A stretch of DNA of 64,000 nt from the human T2T-CHM13v2.0 reference genome, Homo sapiens (GCF_009914755.1 NC_060925.1), one strand, 5' to 3'. Positions 1 to 17,289 are shown, counted from the first letter of the stretch. Made by a program: numbers and translations. Notes: generated from the letters alone by a model not told the origin.

Positions 1-13
1 AACATGAAATATA
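1..13 (+). CDS. ATG4C: ATG4C first coding exon (exon 2), 3' end only (..N-M-K-Y-S, phase 1)
   Basis: aac atg aaa tat a|GTAAGT donor at 14; joins next exon to give NMKYSWVLKTK, the known ATG4C N-terminal sequence. Confidence 0.93.
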
Positions 14-196
14 GTAAGTATCATGTTTTAAAAATTGTATAAATCCAAAGAAATATTTGACAATATTTATCATTTCCCCTCTTAAGTCACTGACAATTTC
101 TTGAGAATAAATGGCATACTTTACTTTGAATGAAATATTTCTATAAGGAATGTAGTTAAAAATATCTCCTGAAGAAAGAGCCAAGTATCATCATAA

Positions 197-540
<344 letters not shown>

Positions 541-1322
541 TTTTTTCCTTTTTTTTTAAGTTGCTAGAGTATATTAATATCCTCATGTCTTGCATAATTT
601 TTTTTTTTTAGCGTTCTAAAACATATAGAATTTATTCAGGTGATGATAATACCTTGGCTTTTCAGATACAATTTCAGGCAGCCTCATCTCTGTGCCAGGA
701 AATAAGCAAAATAGGCCTCTTCCCACACAAAATAGACTGTAAAGTTCGTGCACTGATACCTCTGATTTTTCTCCTAGATATTATTTTTAACCTAGTTCCT
801 TTTGATTTGCAAACAAATCTAATAAGGAGTATATGGCTATTTTTGAAGCCCACCTAAGATGGAGAAGTACTTGGGCAGAACCAGCTTCAACAGGAAAAAA
901 GCTCATATTCATAAAATAAGTGTGAAAACAGAATTCAGTAAAACCCCTTGATAATGCAAATTCAGGAAAAACACAATTGGCAGTTTAAATTATGTACCAT
1001 AAGAACATTGTGAGAACTTGATAAAGACCGTTATGAGATATCTGAAAATAAATTAAAATTAAAATTTTTTCTTTCTTATGTCCTTTAATTGGATAGTTTT
1101 TAAAGTGTGTTTAAAATTCTTAACTTTATTTGAAACTAGCATAAATTGCCTTTATTTCCAGTTCATTGTTCAAATATTGTATTTTGCAACTGTTGCCAAA
1201 AATGCACATCCATAAATAATAATTGATGGTTTGAAATTAAATAAAAGAAAACGCTGCTAGACTTTTAGTCTGAAATCTTTTAATTACAAAACGTTTTCTT
1301 TTCTTTTTTTTTTTTTTGCTAG

Positions 1323-1406
1323 GTTGGGTGTTGAAAACAAAGACGTATTTTAGTAGAAATTCTCCTGTATTATTGCTTGGAAAATGTTACCATTTTAAAT
1401 ATGAAG
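1323..1406 (+). CDS. ATG4C: ATG4C exon 3 (SWVLKTKTYFSRNSPVLLLGKCYHFKYE)
   Basis: T-rich acceptor ...ttgctAG; donor G|GTAAGT; 84 nt, phase 1-1; matches ORF 1316..1531 core. Confidence 0.97.
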
Positions 1407-1849
1407 GTAAGTACAAAATTTGTAAACCATTTAAAAATTTTTGTAGAAATCATCATGTAACTTTTTATTATTTTATTTCTAGATTAATCTACTTTTGCAG
1501 TATTTCTTTTAAGTATTTGTATTTCTTATAGCTCATAATATATTACTATGTTGTTTGGGTTTCTTGTTAACTAGTTGAGGATAAGGACCTTGTCATCTTT
1601 TGTTATATCCCCATAATTTTGGACTTATAGTATGAGTACTAAGTAAATATTATTTGAATTGATATGTTAATATTGTTTGTCACATTCTCTGATAATTAAA
1701 AGTATCACCTTAGTTAATCTAAAAATGATAATTTTTTTAATTCTTAAGGATGTTTCAGTATCTGAAATTGACTTTACTTGATGGTTTTGAATTTCTACGT
1801 ATATTAATTCTTTCAAAAATTTTCTTATATTTTCTTTTAATAATTCATG

Positions 1850-2050
1850 TCACTCATTGGGTGCCGGGCACCATGCTGGGCTCTTTAGGAAATATCTTTA
1901 ATTCTCACAAGAAACCTACAAGGTAGATTCAGGTATTCTCATCTTGTGAATGTGAAGGCAGGAAATTTGAGAAGTTAAATAATTTGTCCAAAGTCACATG
2001 GGTATTAAATGGCAGAGCTGAAATTTAAACCAAGACTGTGTCTCTAATAC
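1850..2050 (-). mobile_element. MIR (approximate ends)
   Basis: MIR core: aagttaaataatttgtccaaagtcacatgg...ggcagagctgaaatttaaacc. Confidence 0.7.
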
Positions 2051-3299
2051 TGGCATTCTTTTAAATATACATCCTTGCTTGGTTTTGTGTTTTGTGTGTG
2101 AGAACGAGAGAGAGTGAATATGTGTTACAGTATGTTGTTATCATGGCTTTTCATTTTTGGTTGACCTATTTTGGTATATCATTTATTAGCAATTTTCTAA
2201 AACCTGTAAATGGCTTGTAGTAATAACAGCTGACATTTATTGAGCATTTATAATGTGCCAAGCAGTATTCTAAATAATTTACATGTATTAACTGTTGAGT
2301 CCTTACAACAGTCTTGAAGGATAAGTAGGAATTTGATAAAGAAGGAATGCATTTTAGGTAAATAGAATGGCATGATGAAAGCAATAGCAGTGAGTTAATA
2401 AAGGGCATATTTAGGAGACAGAGAGGTGTCCAGTTTAGCTATGGTGGAGATAATTCTGAAAAGGACCAAATTACAGAGGAAGATCTTGAGTGCTGTGCTA
2501 AAGAGTTAGGTCATTTTTTTTTTTGGGCAGAGGACAACCACAGCAATACGTATGGTTGAGCGTATGGATTTATATATATATGTCTGATACATATAAGCAT
2601 TTTAAGTGATATTATTTGTGATTTCAAAAATTAAAAACTTATTAGAATTATTCTTAGGATAGAATTATATATATATATTTTTTGGAAGAAATACTTTGAA
2701 AAATCAAGCGATGAAAAGTAAATGATAAAGAAGCTATGAATGAGGGAAATAGAAGACTTCTTTTCTGGAGTAGGATTGGGGATATAGGAAAGGAGAAAGG
2801 TGTGGGAGGAGGGGATAAGAAAAGAGAGAGAGCCAGAAAGGCAGCCGGAGGCTGTATGTCCATTGAGAGGTTTCCTTGTTATTGTCCCTGATCTTCAGTA
2901 AAGTCAGTTAAGCTCATGAAATACTTGATGTAAGAGGATTTTTTCTGGAAAAAGGTGAAATTTGGCATCTGGGATGAAAAAAACAACACATTATCATTGC
3001 AAGAGCTAGAAGCACATAGGACCATGAAACCTTAAGCTGTGAAGAATTAGCAGAAACCTTAGGGCTAGCTTTGCCTTCTACATGTCATATCATTTTTGGT
3101 TCAAACAACTTTACTAAGTTTTCAGAGAGGTAGGAGATGGGGTACCCAGCTGGCTTCTTAATTACAATGATTATTTTTGAGCAATGAAATGAAAAATTTC
3201 ATTTAATTATTTTTAGTAATCATTTGTTGAAAACATGCTGGCTAGGACATTGATCATGCCCAGAAGGAGCACATCAAAATAATAACTGAATATATGCTT

Positions 3300-4256
3300 G
3301 TGAAATCATAGGAATTATATATATTAGTTTCTGCCCCCTGTTCCTGACTCAGAGCTCCTAAAACTCTTATAATATCCTGAGCGGTAGGGGTGCTAGGAAC
3401 GTCTTTTGTTCTTATGTTTGGTCTTTGATCCCAGTTCCTAACACAGTTGGTAAAACTCTTAACAATTTGCTGAGTGATGGAGGTGATGGGAGTGTCTCAT
3501 ATGGAGCTCCTAAATCCCTTGGAATTTCCTGGGTGATTAGAATGCATCTTTTGTTCTAATGAGGTGACTCTGTGGGTTTCTGGATGGCATCTTGTCACCA
3601 GAAAGACCAAGCCAAGATTAGAATGGAACTTTCAGCCCCATTCCCAATCCTCTGGGCAAGGGAAGAGGAGATTGAGTTGATAATTTATCATGCCTATGTG
3701 ATGAAGCCTCCATAAGAATCCCTGAAATACGGGATATGTAGAGCTTCTGGATTGGTGAACACATCCACCTCCTGGGAGGGTAACACACTCCTTCAACTCC
3801 TGACAACTTCACGGGAGCAGAAGCTCCTGTGCTTGGGACCCTTCTAGACCTTTCTCTGTGTACCTTTTCATCTGTATTCTTTATGATATCCTTTATAATA
3901 AATGGCGAAATATAACCAAGTGTTTCCTTGAGTTCTGTGAGTCATCACAGCAAATTACCAAACCTGAGGAGGGGATAGTGGGAACCACTGATTTGTAGCC
4001 AAGTTGGACGGAAGTATGGGTAATCTGGAACCTACTTTGATGATTGGCATCTGAAGTGGAGATTGATCTTATGGGACAGTCCTTACCCTGTGGGGTCTGT
4101 GCTAACTTCAGGTAGTTAGTTCATGATTGAAGTATAGGATTCCCGGTTGGTGTCTGGAGAGTTGGAAAATCAGTTGGTGTGGGAAAAACCTTCACACATT
4201 TGGTGTCAGTAGTGAAGTGTTGAACGTAGACTAAAAGGAAGTGTTTTTCCATTTCA
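3300..4256. mobile_element. ERVL solo LTR, MER21-like
   Basis: Repeated 'agagctcctaaa..ccttggaatttcctg' motifs, 'caccagaaagaccaa..gattaga..ggaactttcagcccc', 'aaaaacc..cacacatttggtgtcag' end. Confidence 0.75.
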
Positions 4257-4259
4257 TGC

Positions 4260-4960
4260 TTTAGAAAGATAACTGATGGTAATGTAAAAGAATTGAAAGT
4301 CAGTAGACAGGACATGATGACTTTGATACAGGGCAGTGCATCTGGAAAAGAGAGGATGGATTTGAGATATTTTAAGGTAGGATCAACAGCATCTGGCAGA
4401 TGATTGGATTTGGGGTCTTCAGAGACAGAGAGGAAACAAAGATTTAAATATCTCCATCTTGGATGATAGTGTTGGTAACCAAAAGTGGTACACTAGAGGA
4501 AGCCTGAATTTTAGGGGAAAGGTAATTTAAATTCGGGTATGTGTTATTTGAGGTAGGCTGTGTGGAAGTGAAGGATAGACATATTGATTTTTTTTTTTTC
4601 CAGCAAGGTGGGCAAGGTGGCATTTAAGGCCAATAGATAAGATCACATTGATGGAAAGTATAGGTGGAAAATATCTATCTTTAAGGATATACTGAAGAAG
4701 AAGGATCAGTGAATTAAACTGAGAAAGGAAAGGCAATGTATAGCACAAAATTCATAATAGTATACCTGTAGAAACCAAAGGATAGACATTTGTAGAAAAA
4801 GGGGGTTGTACAAAGTGTATAAATGCTTAAAAGAGATAGAGCAGGAAATAGCCTGAGTAGAGGGTGTAGGGTCTGGCAATGAGAAATTACTAATGACTTT
4901 TGAGAGAGCATTTTTACTAGAGTGGTACGAATAGAAAGTAAAAGCAGTCATATTAACAGC
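4260..4960 (-). mobile_element. L2 fragment (approximate ends)
   Basis: Purine-rich degenerate L2 antisense motifs (gatggatttgagatattttaaggtagga; aatgacttttgagagagca). Confidence 0.55.
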
Positions 4961-5082
4961 AGCTAGTCTACATTTACTGACGCTGTGATATGTGCTATTT
5001 GCTGTGGCTACATGATATGTGCTAAAACTAAATTGCATTGTTTTATAGAATGAATGGTTATGATATTGGAGTAGAGAAAAAC

Positions 5083-5388
5083 TTATTTTTTAGATTCTGA
5101 GGCAGTGTCTTGCTCTGTTACCCAGGCTGGAGTGCAACAGTGTCCCAATCACGGCTCACTGCAGCCTTGACCTCCCTGGGCTCAAATGATCTTCCCGTCT
5201 CAGTCTCCCAAGTAGCTGGGACCACAGGTGTGTGCCACCACGCCCAGTTAATTTTTTATTTTTATTTTTTGTAGAGACAGGGTCTCCCTATGTTGTCCAG
5301 GGTTGTCTCGAACTCCTTGGCTCAAGTGGTCCTCCTGTCTTGGCCTCCCAAAGGGCTAGGATTACAAGCTTGAGCCACCGTGCCAGCC
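5083..5388 (-). mobile_element. AluJ
   Basis: AluJ diagnostics (cagccttgacctcc..gggctcaa; agacagggtctc). Confidence 0.92.
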
Positions 5389-5477
5389 AAGAAGAACTTG
5401 TATAAACTGTAAAACACGGTCTATAAAAGGGAAATATTAATCAGTTTGACCAGATAAAATTAAAAATATCCACATGA

Positions 5478-5812
5478 TATTTATACAAATATGTATAAAT
5501 ATACATATATAATAAATATATGTACATTATAGTAAATGTATATATGTTTATATACATATGTGTATATAAACACACATATATTTAAAAATACATATGTATA
5601 TGTACACATGTATATATAAATACATATAGACATATATAGTGTATATAATATATAGTCTACAATTATAATTATATAATTATAATGTATAATTATATATCAC
5701 TTAATGTAATATATAATATTTAATAATATATAATATACTAATGTAATTTATATAATTATATATTTTATATATAATGTATCTATATATACATATATGTATA
5801 TATATGTGCATG
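5478..5812. repeat. Degenerate TA-rich low-complexity tract
   Basis: (TA)/(TATAAT)/(TACA) mosaic. Confidence 0.9.
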
Positions 5813-6330
5813 TGTGAAGATGTATCAGGAAAGATTAGTCTCCAAAATAATAAAGAACCACAAATGAATATGCAATGAATATGAAAAACTTGAACAACCC
5901 AAGAAAAATGAGCCAAGATGGTGAAGAGGTGCTGTTTAATTAGAAACTTGAATGGCCAAATACAAGAAAATGCATATCCTGGTAATGAAGGGAATGCAAA
6001 ATAAAATGAGATACTGTTCTTACTTATCAGATATAATATACACAAATTTGAAGGTTCGATGATATCAAGTGTTAGCAAGGGTATGAAGAAATAGGAACTG
6101 AAACACTGTTGGTGGGAGGGTAAATTGGTCTAACCTGTTTGTGAGAAATTTGAGAGTACCTAGAAAAATAGAGAATATGTTTAACTTACGACCCAACATT
6201 TCTAAGACGCTTAAGTATTTACAGAGAAGTTCTCCATATGTGTGGAAAACACATGTACAAGAATTTCATTGTAGCTTTAATAAAAAGTTGGAAACAAGTA
6301 TTCACAAGAAGAGGATTAGATGAATAAAGT
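5813..6330 (+). mobile_element. Old L1M ORF2 3' fragment (approximate ends)
   Basis: Degenerate 'gaaaatgcatatcctggtaatgaagggaatgcaaataaaatgagatac...tgttggtgggagggtaaattgg'. Confidence 0.7.
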
Positions 6331-7879
6331 TATTCATTCATTCCACAATTATTTATTGAGAGGTTACTATGTGCCAGGCACTGGGGTTACTGCTGAAAGT
6401 ATGAAATATACAGTCTTTACTCTCAAGAAACTTACAGTCCAACAGATGAGAGACATTAAATAATTAGAAAAATATTCACTTTGGTGAATTTCTAGTTCTT
6501 AACACATGTCTAGAGGTTACTGCTCTGCCTTGGTCAAGACTTTCTTTGTTGCCTCAACAGAAATATAATATTCTCTTCACCTCATTTAAGATATTTTAAT
6601 GCTAACATTTTCTTTTTGTCATTACAGACTTACGGCTTTTCACATTTACTGTATGTTGGTTGATCTCAACCAATTATCTTTTGATGCTCAAATTGTCGTG
6701 ACATTGGCCAGTGGAAGGTCCTTTGAGATTTGCTTCTGTATCTTTCAACAAAACCACATAAATCTTACGAAACATCTTGTTTTCTTCCAAACCACGTGTT
6801 CAGACCCACTTTGTACTTTTCAGTATCAGATAGGAAGCTAGCAATTTCCCATTGAGTCCTTGTTTTTTTTTTTTTTTCTTTAGAAGAAAAAGTGTTAGAG
6901 ACCATAATCTGAGTGCAAAGGTGCTTTGTGGGGATGATATTGACCCAGGCCATTTCAGTGGACAAGCTAGAACAGATACATGTTTTCAGTGTTTTTCTTA
7001 TAAAGGCATGAATTCAAATTAATATTTGAAATCTATTTCTAACTGGATCATATTCCTACTTAAATTCTTGATTCTTTAATATCTAATTTTCTATCATAGA
7101 GAAATTTTTTAATAGTTACTTTTGTTTTGCTAAGGATTTTAGTGAAATTACTTTAGCTGGAGTCACTCATCTCTCATTTTCTGTGGCATTTATCTGATGG
7201 AGAGTTTCGTTCATTTGTTTCAGTTCCCTTTCTATTTGAAGGCATTGACATTCTGATATCTCACAAGTCTAAGTGCTTAGAAGGTAGCGGCTTTCAGCCA
7301 CAGTGATTTTATATCACTACTACCCTCCAAGTCATCTACAATGAATTTATTCATAAGAATTTAATACAAGATTCTTAAACTTGGTTCTGTCTCTATTATT
7401 TAATTTCTAGTAATATTAGAACATGGTTGCAAAAATTAGATTATTTTAACAATGCTGAATCTGTCCTGATTTATCAAGCTTTTAAACTTATCTTCCTACC
7501 TTTCTGAGCTACAAACTTATTTCCTTGTATTATGCAGTTTTTCCTTCTCATTATATCGTGCTGTGCACTGTTATGTCGAGGTATATAGTATATAAATCCA
7601 AATGGCCCTCCTAGTAGTATCTAGACCGAATACCGAAAGTAAAAAAAATTTCTTACAATTTGTCTGTGAGCTGTCTATAAAGAAAACAATTAAGAATTTA
7701 TTTTATTTTTAATAAGCCTCATCTTTCCACAGATTGCATGCTATCACCTGGCTAGCATTTTTTCAGGGTTTCTCTTAGATGACCAGGACATGATGGGCCT
7801 AAGAGCCATTAATTAAAAATTAGAATTTAGGGTTATCTCTGATATACCCATTGTATCTCAGGGACCAAAATGATTTAAC

Positions 7880-8303
7880 ATCTATCGTTGTGGATTTGTC
7901 TGTTTCTTCCTGAAGTTCTATCAGTTTTTGCTTCCTTTATAGTAATTCCTACTTAACGTCATAGATAGTTCTTGGAAACTGCAACTTTAAGTGAAACCAT
8001 GTACAGTGGGTCCTCAACATCCTTTTGTTCAACTTCATTTCATTATAACAATGATGAGAAAAAAATTGATTTTATTATACATCATTTTGCTTAAAGTCAC
8101 AGTTTCTGGGAACCTATTGACAACATTAAGTGAGGACTAACTGTATTTTGAAGCTCTGTTGTTAGGTACATAAACATTTAGAATTATTTATTATTGTTTC
8201 TTAATGAATTGACTCCTTAGTAGTTATGAAATGACCTTCTTTATTCTTGGTGATATTCTTTGGTCTGAAGTCGATTTTGTCTGATATTAATATAGCCACT
8301 TCA
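7880..8303 (-). mobile_element. Old L1M endonuclease region; continues at about 10770-12410
   Basis: Minus-strand translation [24 protein letters not shown]...SIH matches the L1 EN domain. Confidence 0.85.
7939..8143. mobile_element. Short MER6-family TcMar-Tigger MITE nested in L1M
   Basis: Long terminal inverted repeats (cctacttaacgtc..gttcttggaaactgcaactttaag / cttaaagtcacagtttctgggaac..ttaagtgaggact), TA ends. Confidence 0.75.
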
Positions 8304-10754
<2,451 letters not shown>

Positions 10755-10931
10755 AATATAGCCACTTCAGCTTTCTTTTGCTTAAAGTTGCATGGTATAT
10801 CTTTTTTCATCCTTTACACTTAATCTATTTGTGTCTTTACATTTAGAATATGTTTCTTATAGGAAGTACTAGCTGAGTCTTGCTTTTTTATCCAATCTGA
10901 TAATCTTTGCCTTTTAAATTAAGGTGTTTAG

Positions 10932-11243
10932 GGCCAGGCACGGTGGCTCTCACGCCTATAATCCCAACACTTTGGGAGTCCAAGGCAAGTGGATTACTTG
11001 AGGCCGGGTGTTTGAGAACAGCTTGGCCAACATGGAGACACCTCGTCTCAACTAAAAATACAAAAATTAGCCTGGCGTTGTGGTGCATGCGTGCAATCCC
11101 AGCTACTCAGGAGGCTGAGGCACAAGAATCGCTTTAACCCTGGAGGCAGAGATTGCAGTAAGTCAAGATTGCACCACTGCACTCCAGCCTGGGTGACAGA
11201 ACGAGACTCTTTCTCAAAAACTAAAAATAAATAAATAAATAAA
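10932..11243 (+). mobile_element. Alu (J or old S)
   Basis: ggccaggcacggtggctc start, (AAAT)n tail. Confidence 0.93.
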
Positions 11244-11735
11244 TGTGTTTAAACCGTTTACTTTTAATATGATTATTGATAAAGCTAGGTTTAAATGTAT
11301 CATGTCATTATTTGCTTTCTATTTGTTAAATCTTTTTTTTTTGTTTTCTTTTCCTCCCTTTCTACCTGCTTTTGGATTGAGTATTTTTATCATTCTCTTT
11401 TATCTCTTTTGTTGTCTTATTAGCTATAACTTTTTATTGTTATTTTAGTGGTTTAAGGTTTATAGTATACATCTCTGACTTATCACAGTCTGCCTTCAAG
11501 TGATATACCAAGAGCCTTACAGTATACTTCACCTTCTCCCTCTTGGTCTTTATGATATTGTTGTCATACATTTTACTTATTTATATGTTATACACCCCAC
11601 ACATCTTACTTAATATGTTATCCACCCCATAGTAAATTACTATTATTTTGGTTTAAATAGTCAAATATCCTTCAAAGAAGGTATCATGTTTGGTGTTCTT
11701 CATTCCTTTGTGTGAATCTGTATTTCCATCTGGAC

Positions 11736-12200
<465 letters not shown>

Positions 12201-12725
12201 AAGGTTTCTTTTAATGCAGGTTGGCTAGTGATGTCTTCTTCCAGCTTTTGTGTATCTGAAAACGTCTTTATTTTGCCTTTATTTTTGAAAGGTGTTTTTG
12301 CTGCATATAGGATTCTGAGTTAATGATTTTTTTTCTTCACTACTTTGAAGATGTTGCTGCACTATCTTCTTCTTTTGTTTCCAGTGAGAAATCTAATATC
12401 GTCCTTGTCTGTGTCCCCTCTTCAAAGAGTTAATTATGTATAGAATATAGGATATTATTATTAATAACAAGAGTATTGTTGATAATACCTTATATTAGTT
12501 AACTCTACAGTATGTAAAACATTTCAGCATTCATTCTAACTTGATTTTCATAGGCAGTCAGGAAAATCTAACTTGATTTTCATATCTTTATTTTAAAAGA
12601 TAAAATTAGAAAAAAAGGATTGGAAAGATTGTGACATACTTCACATCTTAAGACAGTAATGATAATGTTTGTTACCATTATAGACATTTCTCTGGTTATC
12701 TTTAGACCGTATGTTTATTTTTTAG

Positions 12726-12959
12726 ATGAAGATAAAACGTTACCTGCAGAGTCGGGATGTACAATAGAGGATCACGTAATTGCAGGAAATGTAGAAGAAT
12801 TTCGTAAAGATTTCATTTCTAGAATATGGCTGACCTACAGGGAAGAATTCCCTCAAATAGAAGGCTCAGCTTTGACAACAGACTGTGGGTGGGGCTGCAC
12901 ATTGAGAACTGGCCAGATGCTCTTGGCTCAAGGACTCATACTACACTTTCTTGGTAGAG
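12726..12959 (+). CDS. ATG4C: ATG4C exon 4, contains catalytic Cys111 (DCGWGC, codon 12896-12898)
   Basis: tttttAG acceptor, G|GTAAAT donor, 234 nt; [24 protein letters not shown] is the peptidase C54 signature. Confidence 0.99.
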
Positions 12960-13505
12960 GTAAATCAAATTTCTGTTTTTGTTTTGTTTTGTTTTGTTTT
13001 TTTGTCGTCGATATTTTTCCATTTGAATTCCAGCTTACAAACTGCATGAAATTCCCTGAGGTTAATTTCTTGACTGTGAGATTTTCTAAGGAGTTGTAAC
13101 TAATTTGGTGTATTGCATTTTTTTTGAACTGGGTCAGATATGACTTATATGTAAACTTCCCTGATTCCCTTTTCAAAAATGCAGGTTAAATATACCTGTT
13201 ATTCTTGGTCACCATTATGAGTTAAGTTAGTTCAATTTTTAGTACCCTTTGGATTTTATTGTTCTTACTGTTTCTTTCCTTTTGGTTGAACTCTGGATTA
13301 TCTCCAGTTTAGTTAAGTCCTGGGCAGGTTAGTAACAGTGATTTTGAGGACATATGTAATATTTTTAAAATTTTAAGAGACTTTACTCTGGTTTCTTTAT
13401 TTTCTCCCTACATGTCAATAATGGTTTAAAAGTATTTTTATCTTTATTAGTGTGATTATACTCAATTATATTAAATCAATTAGACATACTCTTTCAAATT
13501 AAAAA

Positions 13506-13796
13506 CTTTTTTTAGCAATAGGGTCTCACTCTGTTGCTCAGGCTAGAGTGCAGTGATGTAATCATAGCTCATTGCAACTTCGAACTCCTGTGCTCAAGCT
13601 ATTCTCCTGCCTCAGCTTCCTGAGTAGCTGGGACCACAGGTGCGTGCCACCATGGTTAGCTAATTTTTAAATTTTTTTGTAGAGATGTGGTCTCACTATG
13701 TTGCCCAGGCTAGTCTTGAACTCCTAGGCTCAAGTGATGCTCCCACCTTGTCCTGCCAAAATATTGGGATTACAGGTGTGAGCCACTGTGCCTGGC
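13506..13796 (-). mobile_element. AluJ
   Basis: Two-arm Alu with J diagnostics. Confidence 0.92.
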
Positions 13797-14809
13797 ACTA
13801 GACATATTCCTAATAAGGTAATCATGCAGTTTTAGACCCTAAAAAATGTCATTGATACTTAACTTACATATATATGTTTTTCCTAATGTGCCACCTTTGT
13901 GTTAGTCCATTTTTAATAATGTGTACATTTGTAAGAATATTTTAGTTTACAATTTTAAGATATCATATTTGATTATTAAATATTGTCAGATTTTTATAAG
14001 TGTTAAGACAGTATCCCTACAATGCATGGCATATATTTAGTAACTTTTTTGTAGAGATTATTGATGAGATTATTTAGAGAGAATGTTTATTGAAGAATGG
14101 TGTTGAAAATGTAAGGAAAATAATTTTTAAACTGGTTTTCTGGGATGATTTATTTATAGTCTTGTGCAGTCATGGGCAAGGATTGGAATATTTTTCAGTC
14201 CTCACTAGATCTCTGAATCTATGACTTATTTTGTTAACTTAAAATTACATGCATGTTTGGGGATTGTCTTGTTATTCAAAACAGTGACATAATGGATATA
14301 TTTGATTTTTCAAGGTCTTTGATCTTTTATGATTTCATTTATTAACTATTAGAGAATTGTTATTACTCTGTTAATAATGATTAAGTTATTCTGAAGAAAC
14401 GTACAGGAAAATATTTTGAAAAAAATTTAAAACTTCCATGGTCAGACTTCTATTTTAACATATAATCAAAACATCCACTTTCTGAAGATATCTTCTTATG
14501 AGTATCATAAATGTTAGTAAATATGTTTATTGTGCCTTTGGGTAGTCAAGACTGGATGTTTGATAAGCAGTCTGATAATGAAATACAAAAGTCTTTATCT
14601 CAGCACTGTCAAAGAAGAGAAAAAAGAACATCTGGGATTGTCCATTTTTACCCAAGGTTACTATTTTTTCTTTCTTTTGTCTTGTATTTTTGTAATTTTT
14701 TTCTTGATTATATGAAATTTTGGAAACTACAGAAAAGTACAGAGAATAATACCATTAAGGTAGAAACATCATTGATATTTGGCATATTGTTGTCTTGTAC
14801 CTTTGTTTT

Positions 14810-15040
14810 TTAAGCAGTTTTATTGAGATATAACCTATATACCATAAATTCACTCATTTCAAGTGAATAATTCAGTGGTTCTTAGCATAGTTATAGAGTT
14901 CCACAATCATCACCATAAATCTAATTTTAGAACACTTTTATCATCCCTTGAAGAAACCTTGTACTCATCAGCAGCCACTCCCAGTACCTCTCCCTAAGCA
15001 ACCATTAATCTACTTTTTGTTTCCATGTATTTACCTATTT
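14810..15040 (-). mobile_element. L1MB-like 3' end
   Basis: 'cagttttattgagatataa...ccataaattcactcatttcaagtg..aattcagtgg' L1M 3' terminus. Confidence 0.75.
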
Positions 15041-15155
15041 TTGAATTTACTGTCTTAGTAACCCAAATGACCTTAAATGCTACGTATTTATTTTAGTAGA
15101 ATTGTTAAAGTATCTATTTAAAAGATCTGAACACTTTGCTTTGGAACTACTATAG

Positions 15156-15486
15156 CTTGGACCTGGCCTGATGCTTTGAATATTGAAAATTCAGACTCTG
15201 AATCATGGACTTCCCACACTGTCAAAAAATTTACTGCATCATTTGAAGCATCACTTTCAGGGGAAAGAGAATTCAAAACCCCAACAATTTCTCTGAAGGA
15301 AACAATTGGGAAATATTCTGATGATCATGAAATGCGAAATGAAGTTTATCATAGGAAAATCATCTCTTGGTTTGGTGATTCCCCCTTGGCTCTTTTTGGC
15401 TTACATCAACTAATAGAATATGGAAAGAAGTCTGGGAAAAAAGCAGGAGATTGGTATGGACCAGCTGTGGTTGCTCACATTTTAAG
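15156..15486 (+). CDS. ATG4C: ATG4C exon 5 (AWTWPD...WFGDSP...[18 protein letters not shown])
   Basis: tatAG acceptor, AG|GTAAAA donor, 331 nt, phase 1-2; conserved C54 WFGD and GxWYGP motifs. Confidence 0.98.
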
Positions 15487-16394
15487 GTAAAATTGTTTTA
15501 AAATCTTTCTTCTTGTGACAGAGGTCCTCAGGATTAAGAGATACTGATTTTTGCAATGTGTATATATAATTGGAACTTTAAAAGTCTAACTGTATGAGAA
15601 TGTTGATAAAGACGCTTTCATTTGCCAGCAGGGAAAAAAGAAGACATATTGCGACTCTAGTTACATTTAATTTATTTACTGACAAATTTTTCTTCTCTTT
15701 CTCTTAGGTATAGACATCCCAGGTCTCTTTCTAACCAGGTTTTCATTAGAATACCTTACTGAAATGCTCTAAACACTAACATCTCTTTCAACCTTGGAAC
15801 GTGCATAACATTATAGTTTTTTTTAATAGTGTAACCTGGGGGCTGTAATGTACTGATAGTGTAATGAAATGTCAAGAGCTAAAATTGATATTTTCGGCAT
15901 TTCTTTGCACACATCAAATTCTTGTGAATTGGAAATGTATGGCACTATTAATATTATAATTATATCATGGTAAAAGTAAAGGATCTGTGACATTCAGGAT
16001 AGTTAGAAAAAAGTCAAAAGTCAAATTTCACTTTACTTCAGCTTTTTATGTACCATTTATTTTGATACCAAGTTTTTAAAAAAATTATCTTATTTGTGTG
16101 TGTATCCCATTTTTGTTATAAACTAAATCATTAATATTTCATATAAGTATAGCATGTTGTGATTTAAATTTACTCCATTTAAAATCATATATAAATTTGA
16201 AATCATTACAAAGCATTTTTGCATATTAACATGCTTCTATATTTTATAGGCCAGATGCTTACAATTGAAAAGTATTTGCCTAATGTTATTAATTTGATTG
16301 TTAATAATATATCAATTCCAACTTGGTATGACATTTATAAAAGCATAATCATAAAAGCATAGTTTCTACCCTTCAAGATGTTCTCTACTCCGGG

Positions 16395-16585
16395 GGACAG
16401 CAAACTTCTTCTGTGAAGTGACAATAGTAAATATTTTAGGCTTCACAGGTCTTGTAAAGGTTTCTGTTGACCGTCTTTCCTCTCCCTCCAGTCCCTTAAA
16501 ACTGTCAAAAACCTTTCTTAGCTTGCAGATGGTACAAAAACAGGATACAGGTTGTATTCAGCTTATGGGCATAGTTTGCCAGTCT
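16395..16585. mobile_element. MER58-like hAT-Charlie MITE
   Basis: cagcaaacttcttctgtgaag..atagtaaatattttaggcttcacagg ... gggcatagtttgcc. Confidence 0.7.
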
Positions 16586-17289
16586 TTCTTCTACACTAAC
16601 ACATAGGAACATGAATAATAGGGCATTTTCAATTAAATGATTACATATATAGTTAAATAAAATTACATTTCCACAATTTGCATAATCACCGTTTATAGAT
16701 ATTGTTATTGTGATTTTTTTCACATCATGTACACCATTGAGAACATTATACTTAGGAATATTGTTTAATTTACAGTTTTACTTATATAATTTCAAGACTT
16801 GAAATTAGGAAATTCATTTGTTCAGGTCATATAGGTTTTTGAATGAAGGAAAAAAGTCATGCTGTTGTTTAAAGAACGAACAGTTTCTTAAGTGTACTAG
16901 AGGACAGACACAGTAATTGACTCCTAGTCAGTAATGTAAGTTAATTTGCAGCAAATCTTGCAGCATATTCATACCACTGGTAAGGTGAGTGGTTGAGAGA
17001 AATCCTTCTTTTTGGAGGGAGGGGAGTAGAGCTTTATACCCAATAATTTTTTTTAATGTATTTTGTAATTTGTGTTTTAATGTTCTTTGAGTAATTTAAT
17101 GTAATATTCAACTTTGAAAATTTTAATCTGATGTCTGATACCATTCAGATAATAGTTTTTGACAGCAGACACTATGAGTTAAATAGGAAAGTCACAAAAC
17201 TGCTGGCATTTTTTCCTTCTTAAATTAAATATTTAGTTGCCAATAGGAAATGTTAGGATTTTGAAAGATAATGCTTGTTATTTTCTCAG

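Noticed and set aside
5478-5812. ORFs and palindromes over the TA-rich tract
   Set aside because: Low-complexity artefact.
12535-12584. 18-bp direct repeat TCTAACTTGATTTTCATA with 14-bp spacer (CRISPR-like or TSD-like)
   Set aside because: Only two copies in a eukaryotic intron; simple micro-duplication.
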